A DNA stretch of 64,000 bases from Eledone cirrhosa (Eukaryota), in assembly GCA_964016885.1 (NCBI GenBank), contig OZ024750.1:11284001-11348000 (forward strand). The letters are read 5' to 3'. The position numbers were made by a program, and so were the translations under genes. The notes beneath the pieces were generated by a model. The model was not told the DNA's origin. It made no database searches and worked only from the letters and a program-made list of their open reading frames with translations. The first letter of the stretch is position 1; the number at the start of each line of letters is the position of its first letter. Below, piece after piece: positions 41,900 to 55,273 of this stretch.

Positions 41900-42133
41900 T
41901 GGTGGCCTCCCCACAGCTCGGCGGACAGAATGGAGAAGGTGTTTCTCCGGGAGGATGGTAAGGGAGACGCGCTGGAAAATCCATTCCAACTGGCGGGACT
42001 CACACCTGCGTCTGGCCAGCTCAGCGCCTAAGGTGGCGAGTAGGGAGGTAGCCCTGGGACCGAGGACACCAGAAGTCTCCACTGCCAAGGGTACGACCGC
42101 AAAACTGTTGGAGAGTGACCGGTATTTGTGTCT
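41900..42133 (-). pseudogene. CRE-like retrotransposon 3' fragment
   Basis: KYRSLSNSFAVVPLAVETSGVLGPRATSLLATLGAELARRRCESRQLEWIFQRVSLTIL. Confidence 0.8.
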
Positions 42134-42483
42134 CGATGTGGGTGTGTTTTATATCTTACAATAGGCCTCATGTAGTAGTTAATATTCACGTCGTGTTTAA
42201 ATGTTTTAGCCTGTAATCCATATTATTAGAGCTCTTTAATCTCTGAGATATTTGTTTTAAAGTCAGAGAAAATATCTTAAGAATTCAATGAATGTTGCAG
42301 ACGAGTGAATGTTGCAGACGAGTGTGAAAGAAATATTTGTACTACGTCACAGAAGACTCCATTTTCAATCGATTTTTCAACGTGGTAAAAGTGTCAGATT
42401 GTTTTAATTTTATATAGCAAATTGTGAAATACACCGACTTTGGATAAAAGCTTCCGATTACTAAACAACGGTACATTGCAAAC

Positions 42484-42535
<52 letters not shown>

Positions 42536-42562
42536 GCGTGTGTATATATATATGTGTATGTG

Positions 42563-42595
<33 letters not shown>

Positions 42596-42608
42596 CTATG
42601 TGTGTGTG

Positions 42609-42702
<94 letters not shown>

Positions 42703-43029
42703 AAGGCTGATCTCAGGTTTCAGCACAGTTGCAATGTTTATGTGAATTTCAGAGCTGCGTCAAAAGTCTGTAGTCTCTGGATAACTAATGCTTATAGAAA
42801 CGTTCGACAGATCATAGACTATTCTCTTTATCTGCCTAGTAAATATCTCCAGCGACAATAAAACCTTTCGGTAGATATTCCCTCCGCAAACTGGCTCATT
42901 AGACACATTTCTATTATGGTCGATGAACTAAGTAATTTGCGATGGGTTATTGGATTCATAATCAACCGAAACAGACAGACATGTGTGCGCTGTGTATCTA
43001 TGTATGTATGCATGTATGTAGAAATAATT

Positions 43030-43350
43030 GGGCTGGATACCCGATCGCGCAGTTAAACCACTGGGAGTGAAGGACCCCTAACCTTTGTCAGGGCATTCTT
43101 CTAGGAGAAGGCAACTCAGGAAACTGGGATAACTCCGATATAAAACCTGCTGCTCTGTAGTTACCAATGATGTTGATCTGTTCTTCTTTTCGGGTTATAG
43201 CTACTGTCGCTCAGAGAGTGGGATTGACTCAGTACAGTCTTTCCTCACTTTAAAAAAAAATCTTCACACACAGGCATTGCACGATAACATTAATTAATAA
43301 TTATTAATAATGGTATATTGTACAATGGCCATACTCGATAACGAGGGGTC
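43030..43350 (+). mobile_element. Possible RTE 5'-UTR-derived repeat
   Basis: GC-richer island containing CTAGGAGAAGGCAACTC...AAACC, resembling a motif I recall from RTE 5' UTRs; no ORF. Confidence 0.35.
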
Positions 43351-43502
43351 AGCTATCATGTATGTATGTATGTGTGTGTGTGTATTTATACTATGTGTGA
43401 TGAGATATGTTCGAAGATAATATGGTTACGTTAGACTTAGTGAAAGTCTAAATATTGTTACCGGAAAACTATTTTAAATTTCATCCAAGTAGTTATATAT
43501 AT

Positions 43503-43727
43503 AAATGAAGAATGGCGGACTAGGTTGTTGCGAACATGAACATATGAATAAAAATAGACAAGGGATAAAATGTCCTCTTCGGTAATCTGCTGATTATCGT
43601 TGGTATTTCGACGCATTAAAGACTAATTATCGTTGGTATTTCGACGCATTAAAGACTATCTTTAATGCGTCGAAATACCAACGATAATCAGCAGACTACT
43701 GAAGAGGACATTTACCCCTTGTCTATG
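43503..43727. mobile_element. Fold-back short element (family F) with a 33-bp internal duplication
   Basis: Arms 43554-43657 and 43659-43726; ATTATCGTTGGTATTTCGACGCATTAAAGACTA x2; flanked by (TA)n. Confidence 0.75.
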
Positions 43728-43728
43728 G

Positions 43729-43826
<98 letters not shown>

Positions 43827-44370
43827 GTATATATATTGGGTCAAGTTTGAAATTTGTAGAAATTTTTTTTTTTTTCTACAAATTTCTACAACTTTCATAC
43901 TTGATGACCCAATATATATATACTTTATATACTTTACTGGAACCACAGTGGTATCGATTAACAGTCAAACATAACCCAAAATATATTCAGTTCCAAACAG
44001 AAGGAATTCTAAATACATCATTCTAAATCTTTCTGCAAGATCTTCCAGATACAAACATACATATTCATATACTATAGTTAAACTATGTAAATTATTCCAC
44101 CATCACTAGTCTATAGTTTCGGTGTTTTGCTTGGTCATTTTATTCTTACACAGAAGAATGTTTCCCACGGAACAAACTCCTAAGAAGGAAAAATAAAAAT
44201 GAAAAGAATTCAGTGTTTGTAATTGTTTTTGTATTCTGTTGTTTTGTCTGGGGGTTTTTGTGTGTGTTTTTCTTTTCGGTATTTTGTTTTGTGTTGGATG
44301 AGATGTTGCTACGTTAACATATTAATATTACACTTTTGTATTGAAAAGATACAAAAACACACACACACAC

Positions 44371-44406
<36 letters not shown>

Positions 44407-44409
44407 TAA

Positions 44410-44762
44410 TAAAAACAATGAATAAAAACAAAGAAACAGTTCCTTATATTAAAAAATTCATCATTTTACGATCGTTTCTAGGATATATATGTGTGTGTTG
44501 GTATGTATATCATGTAGATCTATGTAAAAGTTTTACAAACTATCAGAGGGAATATACATACCTATATATGCTGTCTTCAGAAATAATCATTATTTCTGAA
44601 GACAGCATATATAGGTATGTATATTCCCTCTGATAGTTTGTAAAACTTTTACATAGATCTATATGATATACATACCAACACACACATATATATCCTAGAA
44701 ACGATCGTAAAATGATGAATCTTTTAATTCTTTGTTTTTATTCATTTTTTTAAATAATTTAT
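44410..44762. mobile_element. ~350-bp palindrome (family G) centred on the 5' edge of a hammerhead
   Basis: Near-perfect inverted arms centred at about 44588, following a (TA)n tract. Confidence 0.85.
44587..44718 (+). ncRNA. Type I hammerhead ribozyme with greatly extended stem II
   Basis: TCATTATTT-CTGAAGA-[95 nt including ATATATA/TATATAT and GGTATGTATAT/ATATACATACC helices]-GAAAC GATC GT-A-AAATGATGA: 9-bp stem I and palindromic stem III ACGATCGT. Confidence 0.75.
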
Positions 44763-44859
44763 CTTGACTCTGTTTTCCTGTTTTTCATCGAAAACATTTT
44801 GAATACATCTCTTTTCATGATATTTGGATTGGACACTACCGTATATTTTGGTAGATTTA

Positions 44860-44953
<94 letters not shown>

Positions 44954-45585
44954 GATAATGAGGGGGAGTTAGAGAGAAAGAGAGAGGGTGAGAGAGCGAG
45001 AGATAGTGAAAGAGAGAGAGAATGATGGGGAGTGAGAGAGAGAGAAAGAGAGAGGGGTGAGAGAGAGAGAGAAAGAGAGAGGGAAAGAGAGAGGGTGAGA
45101 GAGAGACAGACAGACAGATAAAAAATACAATAACTTTTTATCTGAAAAAATAAAAGAACTATAAAAAATGTTTCGGTACTTATTGTTGGATAAATTCACA
45201 TAATTGGCATCATAAACTTATTCTATTGCTCTGAAACGAAAGTTAATAATGGTATGGCATCAGCTGGCATGTTATGAAAGAATGAAGACTCTGTTTCAAT
45301 TTATTAACACGAACATTTAACTAACGTTGTCGCCGTCGACATATTTCAGGAAGTTTTTAGTGTTTTATTTCTTATTAATGTTATTAATGTTGTTGATGTT
45401 GTTGTTAATAGTTTTCCTGGTTTTACTGTTGTAATTCTGTTTTGTGCCTTCATTCATATAGTTTTATATGTGGACAAATTTTCATTATCTAAAGAATTCT
45501 AGCTTTGAAAAAGAACAGTAGGATTTATAGTAGTTTTGTTGGTATTTCTAACGAAGTAGTGTATAGGTAGGAACAACATAATTTT

Positions 45586-45897
45586 AGACACTTTCTGCAG
45601 CCGCAACCTGGTGCAGTCTGCGACTGGCCCAGGTTCTGCTGCACGTCGGGCTGAGGGGGCCAAACTCCTCAAATACCGGTCGCTCTCCGACAGATTTGCG
45701 GTCGTTCCCCTGGGAGTGGAGACTTCTGGTGTCCTCGGCCCCAGGGCTACCTCATTACTCACCACCATAGGCGCTGAGCTGGCCAGTCGCAGGTGTGAGC
45801 CCCGCGAGTTGGAGTGGCTTTTCTAGCGCGTCTCCCTTACCATCCTCCCGGAGAAACGCCTTCTCCATTCTGTCCGCCGGGGTTGTGGGTGGGCCCC
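45586..45897 (+). pseudogene. CRE-like retrotransposon 3' fragment (RLE C-terminus)
   Basis: DTFCSRNLVQSATGPGSAARRAEGAKLLKYRSLSDRFAVVPLGVETSGVLGPRATSLL..EWLF*RVSLTIL matches DT..S......G.AA..AE..K..KY..L....P..VET.G. Confidence 0.85.
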
Positions 45898-47535
45898 ATC
45901 GCGTACCAATACATTAGTTAATTACAATTCTTTCATCTGATACAACACAATAAAGACTAAAGTGTTTAAAAAAAAAAAATTGATGTTGAAGTAAAAAAAA
46001 AAAAAAATTATATCCATTACATATGATAGTGCTCAGCCTTTTGATACTTTAGACAGTGTATCTCGGGATATTTGTATGATAGTGCTCAGCCTTTTGATAC
46101 TTTAGACAGTGTATCTCGGGATATTCGTTCCCGTTCTCTGATTTCATCTCATACGGGGACACCATTGCCTTCCAACCTATCGAAGACAATAAAATAGTGT
46201 TTCGATCCATATCAGTAGATTAGAATAGCTTCTGAAATCTTACGGTATCAGTTCTGGCACTTTACTTTCTGAGTTCAAATCACACCTAGGTTAGCATTGC
46301 CTTTCATCCTTACGAGTTCGATAAAATAAATTATCGGTACCGTTACTGGAATCGATTTAATTGACTTTCCTCTCACCCCAAACTTGTTGGCCTTTTGTTT
46401 TCTATATTGTTTCGTCCTCACATTCACATAACAAATCACATCACAAAAGATGATAGATAAATAATTTTAAAAAAACTAAGATGTTTAGAAAATAAATATA
46501 AAAAGGTAAGAGGAGGAGGAGGAAGGGGGCGGTGAGAGAGGAGGAGGAGGGAATAAAAAGAACTATTAAGGTGTAAAAAAGATATGAATTAATTTTGTAT
46601 TAAATATCAATTCAATTTACACTAATGATTAAACAGAAAATATTGTGTGTTGACATATATGAAAAAGTGAAAAATTTACAAAGTATGTAGGAGGTATTTG
46701 TTAGAACTATCTTTTGGATTTCATAGATGCTAAGTTTACCAGGTGTGTTTTCTAGAAACTTTTAAATACCTTTCTTTGTGATACCTAGAGCTTCTGTCAG
46801 TACCAGAATAGTTTGTGTTTTAATGTGCCACATTCTGTTTATCTCAATTTCTAGATCTTTATATTTTACAAGTTTTCATACTCTTTTCCTGACACATTTC
46901 TATCAGATTTATTCATGTCAATGAGGAGGCAGGTCTTGTTTTTTTTTTAAACATTTTATCATAATATCAGATCCATTCTATATTTGAATAAAAGAGAGAA
47001 TGTTTACAGCAGAAACATCATCATTCATAGGTAATATTTGATCAGATCTGACCTGGGACTAAACAACTACAGTTAATAACAGATTTTACATAGCTTATGT
47101 CTCATTTTCTATTACAGTATTACTTGCAACAGCACCCAATCTACAGTATTTGATATAAACCAGAAAGTGGTGTGTAAATTTATAGTTTCTTGTTTTCCTA
47201 TATTTAATAGCAAATAGACATTTTAGGTTATTCAACATATATACCGACGAAATTATCGTTATTGTGTTGTTATTTTTTTCAAACAACTTTCGCTGGTTTT
47301 CTCTATTCATTCCAAAATGTCACGAATTTTCTTGGTTTTATTTTGTTTGTTCGGTTGATTATTTTTTCTGCTTTTTGCTATATAAATTTAGATTAGTTGT
47401 TTAAAATGAAATCTATTATTGAATAGCTAAACCGTATTAAATGAGATCTGTCAGAGTGTTATATTATTTCAATGTTTAACACTTTAGGTCGATGGACTAG
47501 CGGGATAAGTAGAGTAATAGGTATAATTCTGTACT

Positions 47536-48140
47536 TACAGTCCGCGACACCATTGAGGCCGTTTTTTAACACAATGCTTTGAGTTATTGGGTGATAAATA
47601 TAGCTTTGACGAGTAGAATTAACTATAGTTTGGTAGTTTTGCAATTCTGGTTCAAAGGTTATGAACGTTTTTCGATTTTGAGAGAAAATAAAAGAAAACA
47701 GGGTCATAAGTAGTGTATTTTATCATTTATTGAAGTTATCTTCATCACTGCTGCCTGAAATAACACTTTCACCATCACTGATTCCATCTTCGGACTCTTC
47801 ATTGTCTTCAAAGGCTCTAATATGCTCGTAAAGCTTGTTCAGATGAGAATTAGCCTTGTAAATTCATCCTTGGACTGTTTTGCTCTCCAGATTCTTAAAT
47901 GATATATACAGTCAATGATATATACAGTCATACCAGCACTTGCTTTAAGGTAGTGTTTGTGGTGTACTGTCTTTCCCATTTCTCCCTTGATAATGGCCCA
48001 TACGAGCTCGATCGTATGGGCCATACGAATGATGCGGTAGAGAAAAGATGACCTCATGACCTCTTTCTCTTGCCATGGAACAAATGACTGGAAAGACGTG
48101 GAGTTTCTTATACTCCCGCAGCTTTTCTCATAGCACACAG
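47536..48140 (-). pseudogene. Tc1/mariner-IS630-type DDE transposase relic with 3' TIR
   Basis: Minus strand gives SMARERGHEVIFSLPHHS../IELVWAIIKGEMG/QYTTNTT..KANSHLNKLYEHIRAFEDNEESED..* (stop at 47723). TA|CAGT, a Tc1-like terminus, lies at 47536-47541. Confidence 0.75.
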
Positions 48141-48669
48141 TTCAGATCTCCTGCTTCGAAAGACGGTAATGTGTATATAATTCTAGAAAGATGTTACTTC
48201 TATTTCTAGCATGCCGTGTGGTTATACAAATGATCCCATGTCAGTATTTAGTTATTGATATTTACTTTCTGACTTGGGTCTTATCTATATTTCATTTTTC
48301 TGACATCAATGAAATATGTATCAGTTATTCACCAGAACCTAATCAATTACTTCTATTTGTAGCACGATAAATTTGTAGTATTGTTCCAATGTAGGATATA
48401 TTTTTCTCTTCTCTTCGGCAGTTGTTTGTCGTTCTCTTCACCATAACCCTCTCCTTTCCTTATCTTTCAAATGTTTAAACGTTTTTTTTTATGTTATTTT
48501 GTTATGCTGAAATAGAGTGTGGTAAGTATCGTTCGTTAGTAGTAGCAGCAAGGTAGTAGTCAAAACTCAGTGACAAGAGAAGATGAGAGTCTGTAAGACC
48601 CGGAGAGAGTATAGTCTGTAGACTTATCGACGTATTTAAGACTATTCAACAGAATTCGTATTATAATCG

Positions 48670-48737
48670 GCTTGTCTCCCCACAGCCCCGGCGGACAGAA
48701 TAGAGAAGGCGTTTCCCCGGAGGACGGCAAGGGACGT
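48670..48737 (-). pseudogene. Very short CRE-like 3' fragment
   Basis: Reverse complement encodes SLAVLRGNAFSILSAG; homologous to the 45.8 kb copy. Confidence 0.7.
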
Positions 48738-48814
48738 CTTGATTATGTCATCACTTCGACGAAATATCTTAGAGCTTCGCTAAGATAACCAACTGGAGTC
48801 AATTAGTTTATCTG

Positions 48815-49042
48815 TTAACCCTTTAGCATTTACATTACTCTATATATACTATTATATTTTCATGATAAAGGCTTTATCTCGCATAATTATCTCACATAAT
48901 ATCGAATCTATGAGATTTTTAAAGTATTTATTTTGAACACAATACCTTAACATCAGTATGAGGGGCCAGTTACAGCTAGTTTCAACAGAAAGAGGTAGAG
49001 AATTCTGGCCGGTTTTGGCCGGTTTGAACATTAAAGGGTTAA
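48815..49042. mobile_element. piggyBac-type MITE
   Basis: TTAA-CCCTTTAGCATTTA ... TGAACATTAAAGGG-TTAA: TTAA target-site duplication and CCC/GGG termini. Confidence 0.75.
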
Positions 49043-49658
49043 AATGGTCGATGCTCTACTCCAGAGCATACTTCTCCAAATTAAATATAGTTTAACACGA
49101 GTAGCAGCCTATCTTTACATTAGATACTATCAACGATAGTACTACTTTCGATTAACATAGCCCTACCTTTTTATCTCTTGTCCTCAATCTTCACGATCTT
49201 TTCTCATGCTCTACATATATATTTATTCAGTACTATCAGTAAACATGTCATGTCACCCCTTACTCTCTGCCTCGACCTACTCCCTCTCTTTCTATCCCCC
49301 CTTGCCTCAATCTCCCCTCCCCCCTTATTCAGTATTTTCTTGTGCGTTCACCCAACAGACCCAGATTATGATATAGTAATTTAGACTCCTTTCACTCTAT
49401 CTTTCCCTTCAGAACAGCAATCCGAAAAGTGGCAAATTTTGATTTGTGCTTTGTGTGCTCTTCCAAACAGACCCCTCATCGAGCACTCGGACATCCTACA
49501 CACACATACACACATATATATATATATATTGAATTTGAGCACAGAACCCAATGAAACTTGAGTACCTGTTTATGTCAGTATTGTAATTATTTATACTAAG
49601 CTCGTCCTATGGACTGAGTGCTCTTACCCTTGGATATTTCCACTTAACTTTTACTTCA

Positions 49659-49689
<31 letters not shown>

Positions 49690-49693
<4 letters not shown>

Positions 49694-49875
49694 AAAAAGT
49701 ATGACCCCGACGGCAGAGCTCAAGCCGTTTCGACGGCTATTTCTGGACTCAAAATAGTCGTCGAAACGGCTTGAGATTTGCCGTCGGCGTCATACTTTTT
49801 TCCCACTCTACTACCCTAAGTATTGAGTACTCTGGGGCGTTATGGTCCATCTGGTTCCTTACCACATTTCCTTTG

Positions 49876-49877
<2 letters not shown>
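49690..49877 (+). mobile_element. Family B fold-back short element in (TA)n
   Basis: Palindrome 49692-49803 plus tail CCCACTCTACTACCCTAAGTATTGAGTACTC..ACCACATTTCC; (TA)n on both sides. Confidence 0.85.
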
Positions 49878-49915
<38 letters not shown>

Positions 49916-49968
49916 TAATATTGGGTTGATTTACTACTTCACAATCGACAGAAATATATATCTATATC

Positions 49969-50101
<133 letters not shown>

Positions 50102-50620
50102 TTGACAAATTGAATCTCTTTAAATCTCTTTAAATATGCACTCCTTTGGAAATAAATTTTAAACGTTATTTTACGAATTATTTTTAGGATACAATTTAAA
50201 TAAATATTTACGGTTTGTTTGTGTTTAGGTTTTGGTAGGGCTTTTAAAAACATTTTAACGATATTTTAAATAAAACTATATTTAGAGCTATTGAAGCTGT
50301 TAGTTATAATTTAGTGAAACATAAAAAATAAATTCGTTTCAATTTAAATTTCCTAACGGTTAAGAATACTCGAAAGATGTAGAATATTTAACTAACAAAA
50401 TAAAATATAATTATGTTTTATTGGTATCTCTCACGGTTTTCATCAAGTTGAAATTAAATTCTAACATAAACATAACTTCTCATCTTAACTTCATGACATT
50501 CAAAAGACTATTTCATAGAATATCCGAGAGAAATATCTACAAAAGGAAAGAAGAAAAGAATTTTAACTCAAATACAGGAAGCTATATTTTTTTTTGTCAT
50601 TGAATTCTCAGACACTGTGT

Positions 50621-50690
<70 letters not shown>

Positions 50691-50697
<7 letters not shown>

Positions 50698-50898
50698 TAA
50701 CAGATTAAAGTTTAAGCAAAGAATCGCTGCTTTCACCCTTAACGGGATCTTCTGAAAGGGTGAAAGCAGCGATTCTTTGCTTAAACTTTAATCTGTTATT
50801 TTAATAAATATTTGCTCTACGGTTCTTATATATTTGATATATATTTATTCTTATCGAGTCCTCTTTGGATTTTAGTCTTCAAATTTATTATTATTACT
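50691..50898 (+). mobile_element. Family A fold-back short element in (TA)n
   Basis: Palindrome 50691-50805 centred at the HHR-like core, plus a 3' tail. Confidence 0.85.
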
Positions 50899-50914
50899 AT
50901 ATATATAGTCTAAA

Positions 50915-51191
50915 GCCTGTCTTAAGCCAGAAGGCTCATTTGGCCGGTGCTTATCCCGGTTTTATGGCGTGAAGCGACTGAGAGTACAAGACTCCCCCCC
51001 CCCCCCTGGACAGGACGCCAGTCCATCGCAAGGTTAAACCTCCAGCTATTGTTGGTACTCATTTTCAGCTGAGTATACTGGAACAACGTGAAATGAAGTG
51101 TTTTGCTCAAGAATACAACACGCAACCCAGGAATCGAACCCACGACATTATGATCGTAAGTCCAACACTCTTACCACTAAGCCACGTGCCT

Positions 51192-51193
<2 letters not shown>
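50915..51193 (-). mobile_element. CORE-type SINE-2
   Basis: Reverse complement GGAGGCACGTGGCTTAGTGGTAAGAG..GGGTTCGATTCC..TTCTTGAGCAAAACACTTCATTTCAC. Confidence 0.85.
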
Positions 51194-51255
<62 letters not shown>

Positions 51256-51292
51256 ATATATGTACAGTATATATATTTATGTATGTATGTAA

Positions 51293-51327
<35 letters not shown>

Positions 51328-51527
51328 TATATGTATGTATGTAAATATATGAGTGTGTGTGTGTGGCGTGTGTGTGTGTGTGTGTGGCTTGTGTGTGTGT
51401 GTGTGAATCCGGTTGTATCTGTCTGTATGTGTGTGTTTGCTTTACATCGTTACTATGGCATCGTAAGTGATTATTATTGCATCGAGAGAAAATCGAAACC
51501 GGAGTTTTGTTTTTATGCTACTATTGA

Positions 51528-52052
<525 letters not shown>

Positions 52053-52454
52053 AAAAGATACTATAGGCTCGTCAATATTTATATATACATATATGCACGC
52101 ATATATATAAATGATGTACTTAATAGAAACTTCTTTATAGGTCGCTGTTTTTTTTTATGACACCTGAAGGGTTTGCTTTTCAAATTAAATTTTTTAAAGG
52201 TAATATGTACATGAAAGAGGTATAATGTTCCAACTTCAATGATGTTTGAAGAATAATTATATTCTATTTTTTTGTCTAACGTGTCTTTGATTATGTTAAA
52301 ATTATATTCTAACATCATAAACTTCTTAAGTTAACGCTATGAATATTGTATCATAGTTACAAAAGAAAGATATATTAAATTCAGCGGACAAAATTTGCAT
52401 TACTGTTATATATGAAACAAAATGTTCATAAATACGCATATAACTGTGTGTGTA

Positions 52455-52547
<93 letters not shown>

Positions 52548-52560
52548 GTCTGTGTATATA

Positions 52561-52629
<69 letters not shown>

Positions 52630-52714
52630 ATACACATGTATATATATGTGTGTGTGTTTGTGTATATATATATATATATTTATGTATATATATATGTGTG
52701 TTCGTATATATATG

Positions 52715-52783
<69 letters not shown>

Positions 52784-52794
52784 ATATGTATGGA

Positions 52795-52832
<38 letters not shown>

Positions 52833-53095
52833 GCAAATTTCTACTGGCTAAAAGTTTTTGTAACAACTTTATGTTTATAAAATTGCTCATAGAATCAGTA
52901 GGCTGGAGGGGACTGCCTTGTACATAACTTCATCCACTAAGGATGCAAATTAAATTTTCTGGGAAATTAATACATAATTTCCTAAAATTATCTCAACATT
53001 TTTTCCAGAGTTGTTAATAATTGAGTCAATGTTTTGTTTGCAACGTTTGAATAGAGTAACAATATCTTATACACAATGCTTTTTTATATTATATA

Positions 53096-53178
53096 GTTTC
53101 GACGGCTATTTCTGGACTACCCAGAAACAGCCGTCGAAACGGCATGAGTTCTGCCGTCGGGGTCATACTTTTTCCTAT
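53096..53178 (+). mobile_element. Family B fragment with short inverted arm
   Basis: GTTTCGACGGCTATTTCTGG actac CCAGAAACAGCCGTCGAAACGGCATGAGTTCTGCCGTCGGGGTC. Confidence 0.8.
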
Positions 53179-53179
53179 A

Positions 53180-53252
<73 letters not shown>

Positions 53253-53677
53253 TAGATCGATAGAGAAAGAGAGAGAGAGAGAGACAGAGAGAGAGAGGGA
53301 GAGGGGGAGAGACCCATTTTACGTATGATTACATTTCTTGCTGGGAAAATAGAAAACCGCTCAGAAGGCACATTATATCAACAATTTCGGAAATATTCGT
53401 TCACGTTTGAGGGAAAATTGAAATGTAAGCAACTGAGACAGAACAGTGAATCTTGCTAGTGAGAGTTATCCACTTAATCTTACGGAAATACGTTAGTAAG
53501 AATACTTTCAATGTCTAATGAGCACAGATAATTCAATCTAAGGCAATTCAATTGCAAGTATTATTTTTGTAATACATACGTAGAAATCTAAATTGCAGTT
53601 CAACTTGAAATAACAACTGTATACTATCCATACAATTCAGAGTTGATTTATTTATATATATATATATTTATATATTT

Positions 53678-53713
<36 letters not shown>

Positions 53714-53742
53714 GGAATCAGAATTTTTTGAATATTAATAAA

Positions 53743-53922
53743 TATTTCTACTTTTGGCACAAGGCCAGCAATTATCCCAGTGTATTACTGGTACTTTATT
53801 TTATCGACCCCGTAAGGATGAAAGGCAAAGTTAACCTCGGCGGGATTTGAACTCAGACCATAAAGGGCCGTAACTCTTTGCTGCAAAGCATGGCGTCCGA
53901 CCCTCTACCGATACTACCAAAT
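53743..53922 (-). mobile_element. SINE-1
   Basis: Full copy. Confidence 0.9.
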
Positions 53923-54010
53923 TCGATTCGTTTGCAATTATGCAAACGAGCCTCATTTTTAAAGCCATGTCAGTAGAATTAGCCCCTCATTCTTGCTCTT
54001 GTGTTGGCAT

Positions 54011-54076
54011 GTAAACAGAACTGCAGACACTAATGTTTCTGGGTATTACCCTTCATCAGTACAGTTCACTGTTTAC
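54011..54076 (-). ncRNA. Type I hammerhead ribozyme with extended stem I (family I)
   Basis: Reverse complement GTAAACA gt GAACTGTA-CTGATGA-AGGG taata CCCA-GAAAC attagt GT-C-TGCAGTTC TGTTTAC: intact core, GUC site, 8+7-bp stem I. Confidence 0.85.
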
Positions 54077-54167
54077 CTACCAGCTGTCAGAGCTAGTGAA
54101 AATATATGATATTTTCTAAAATATACAGTGAGTGATCGGCCTCATTTGCATATTAGCAGCAGACTGG

Positions 54168-54224
<57 letters not shown>

Positions 54225-54379
54225 CTTTATTTGGTAATATAATATATTCATGAAAATGTAGTATTATTCATCTGGAATATACCAACGAGAAACTCCGGAG
54301 GTCAGAAATGAAACACTCGTCGCGTTGTTGTTGTTGTTTTTCTTCTTCTTCTTCTTCTTCTTTTTCTTCTTCTTCTCCT

Positions 54380-54410
<31 letters not shown>

Positions 54411-54957
54411 TGTCTTGTCGTATGACATGTGCACAATAATTAGAAAGACAAATCGAAACTGGTGAGGCAGACGAAGGCGTCATTTGTAGTATATTATATG
54501 TGTAGTATATTATATATTGCGTTTAGTGAGCTCTGTATCAAGATATTTCTTTTAAGTAAAGTAGTGTCACCAAATTCTAGGATTCGAAGGTTTATTTTTA
54601 GCAGCTTTTCTTTGCATTAACATCTTGCGATTTCATTTTCACAAGGTGATTTTTTCTTTTCTTTACTGCTAGTTTAAAACGGTTTTGTCCGTCACTCTAC
54701 TGATCTCGCTATCCAGCCGCCACTATTTTACTTTCGTTGGTATAAGAAAAATCTATAAAGTATCGTTAGTATTACTATTTCATTAAAGCGATACATGTTA
54801 AAATTAAGAGATTGTCAGGCAAAATTACTTGTCGGATTTAGTTTCATTTATTTCAGTTCAAATCAATCCAAACCATTGAGTTCCGCTAAAACGTATGGCC
54901 AACTGCCAAGGTTAGACTTGTTTATTGCTATTTAATAACATTTCTTTCGTTTTCTTA

Positions 54958-55045
<88 letters not shown>

Positions 55046-55180
55046 TGTATATTTATATATATAGTGAAAGAGATACATATATATACATGTATGGGTGTTT
55101 ATATATATATATATATATATAGAAACGTACACATGTAAATGTGTGTGGATGTGTAAATGTGAGTGTGTCAGTGTGTCTCT

Positions 55181-55273
<93 letters not shown>

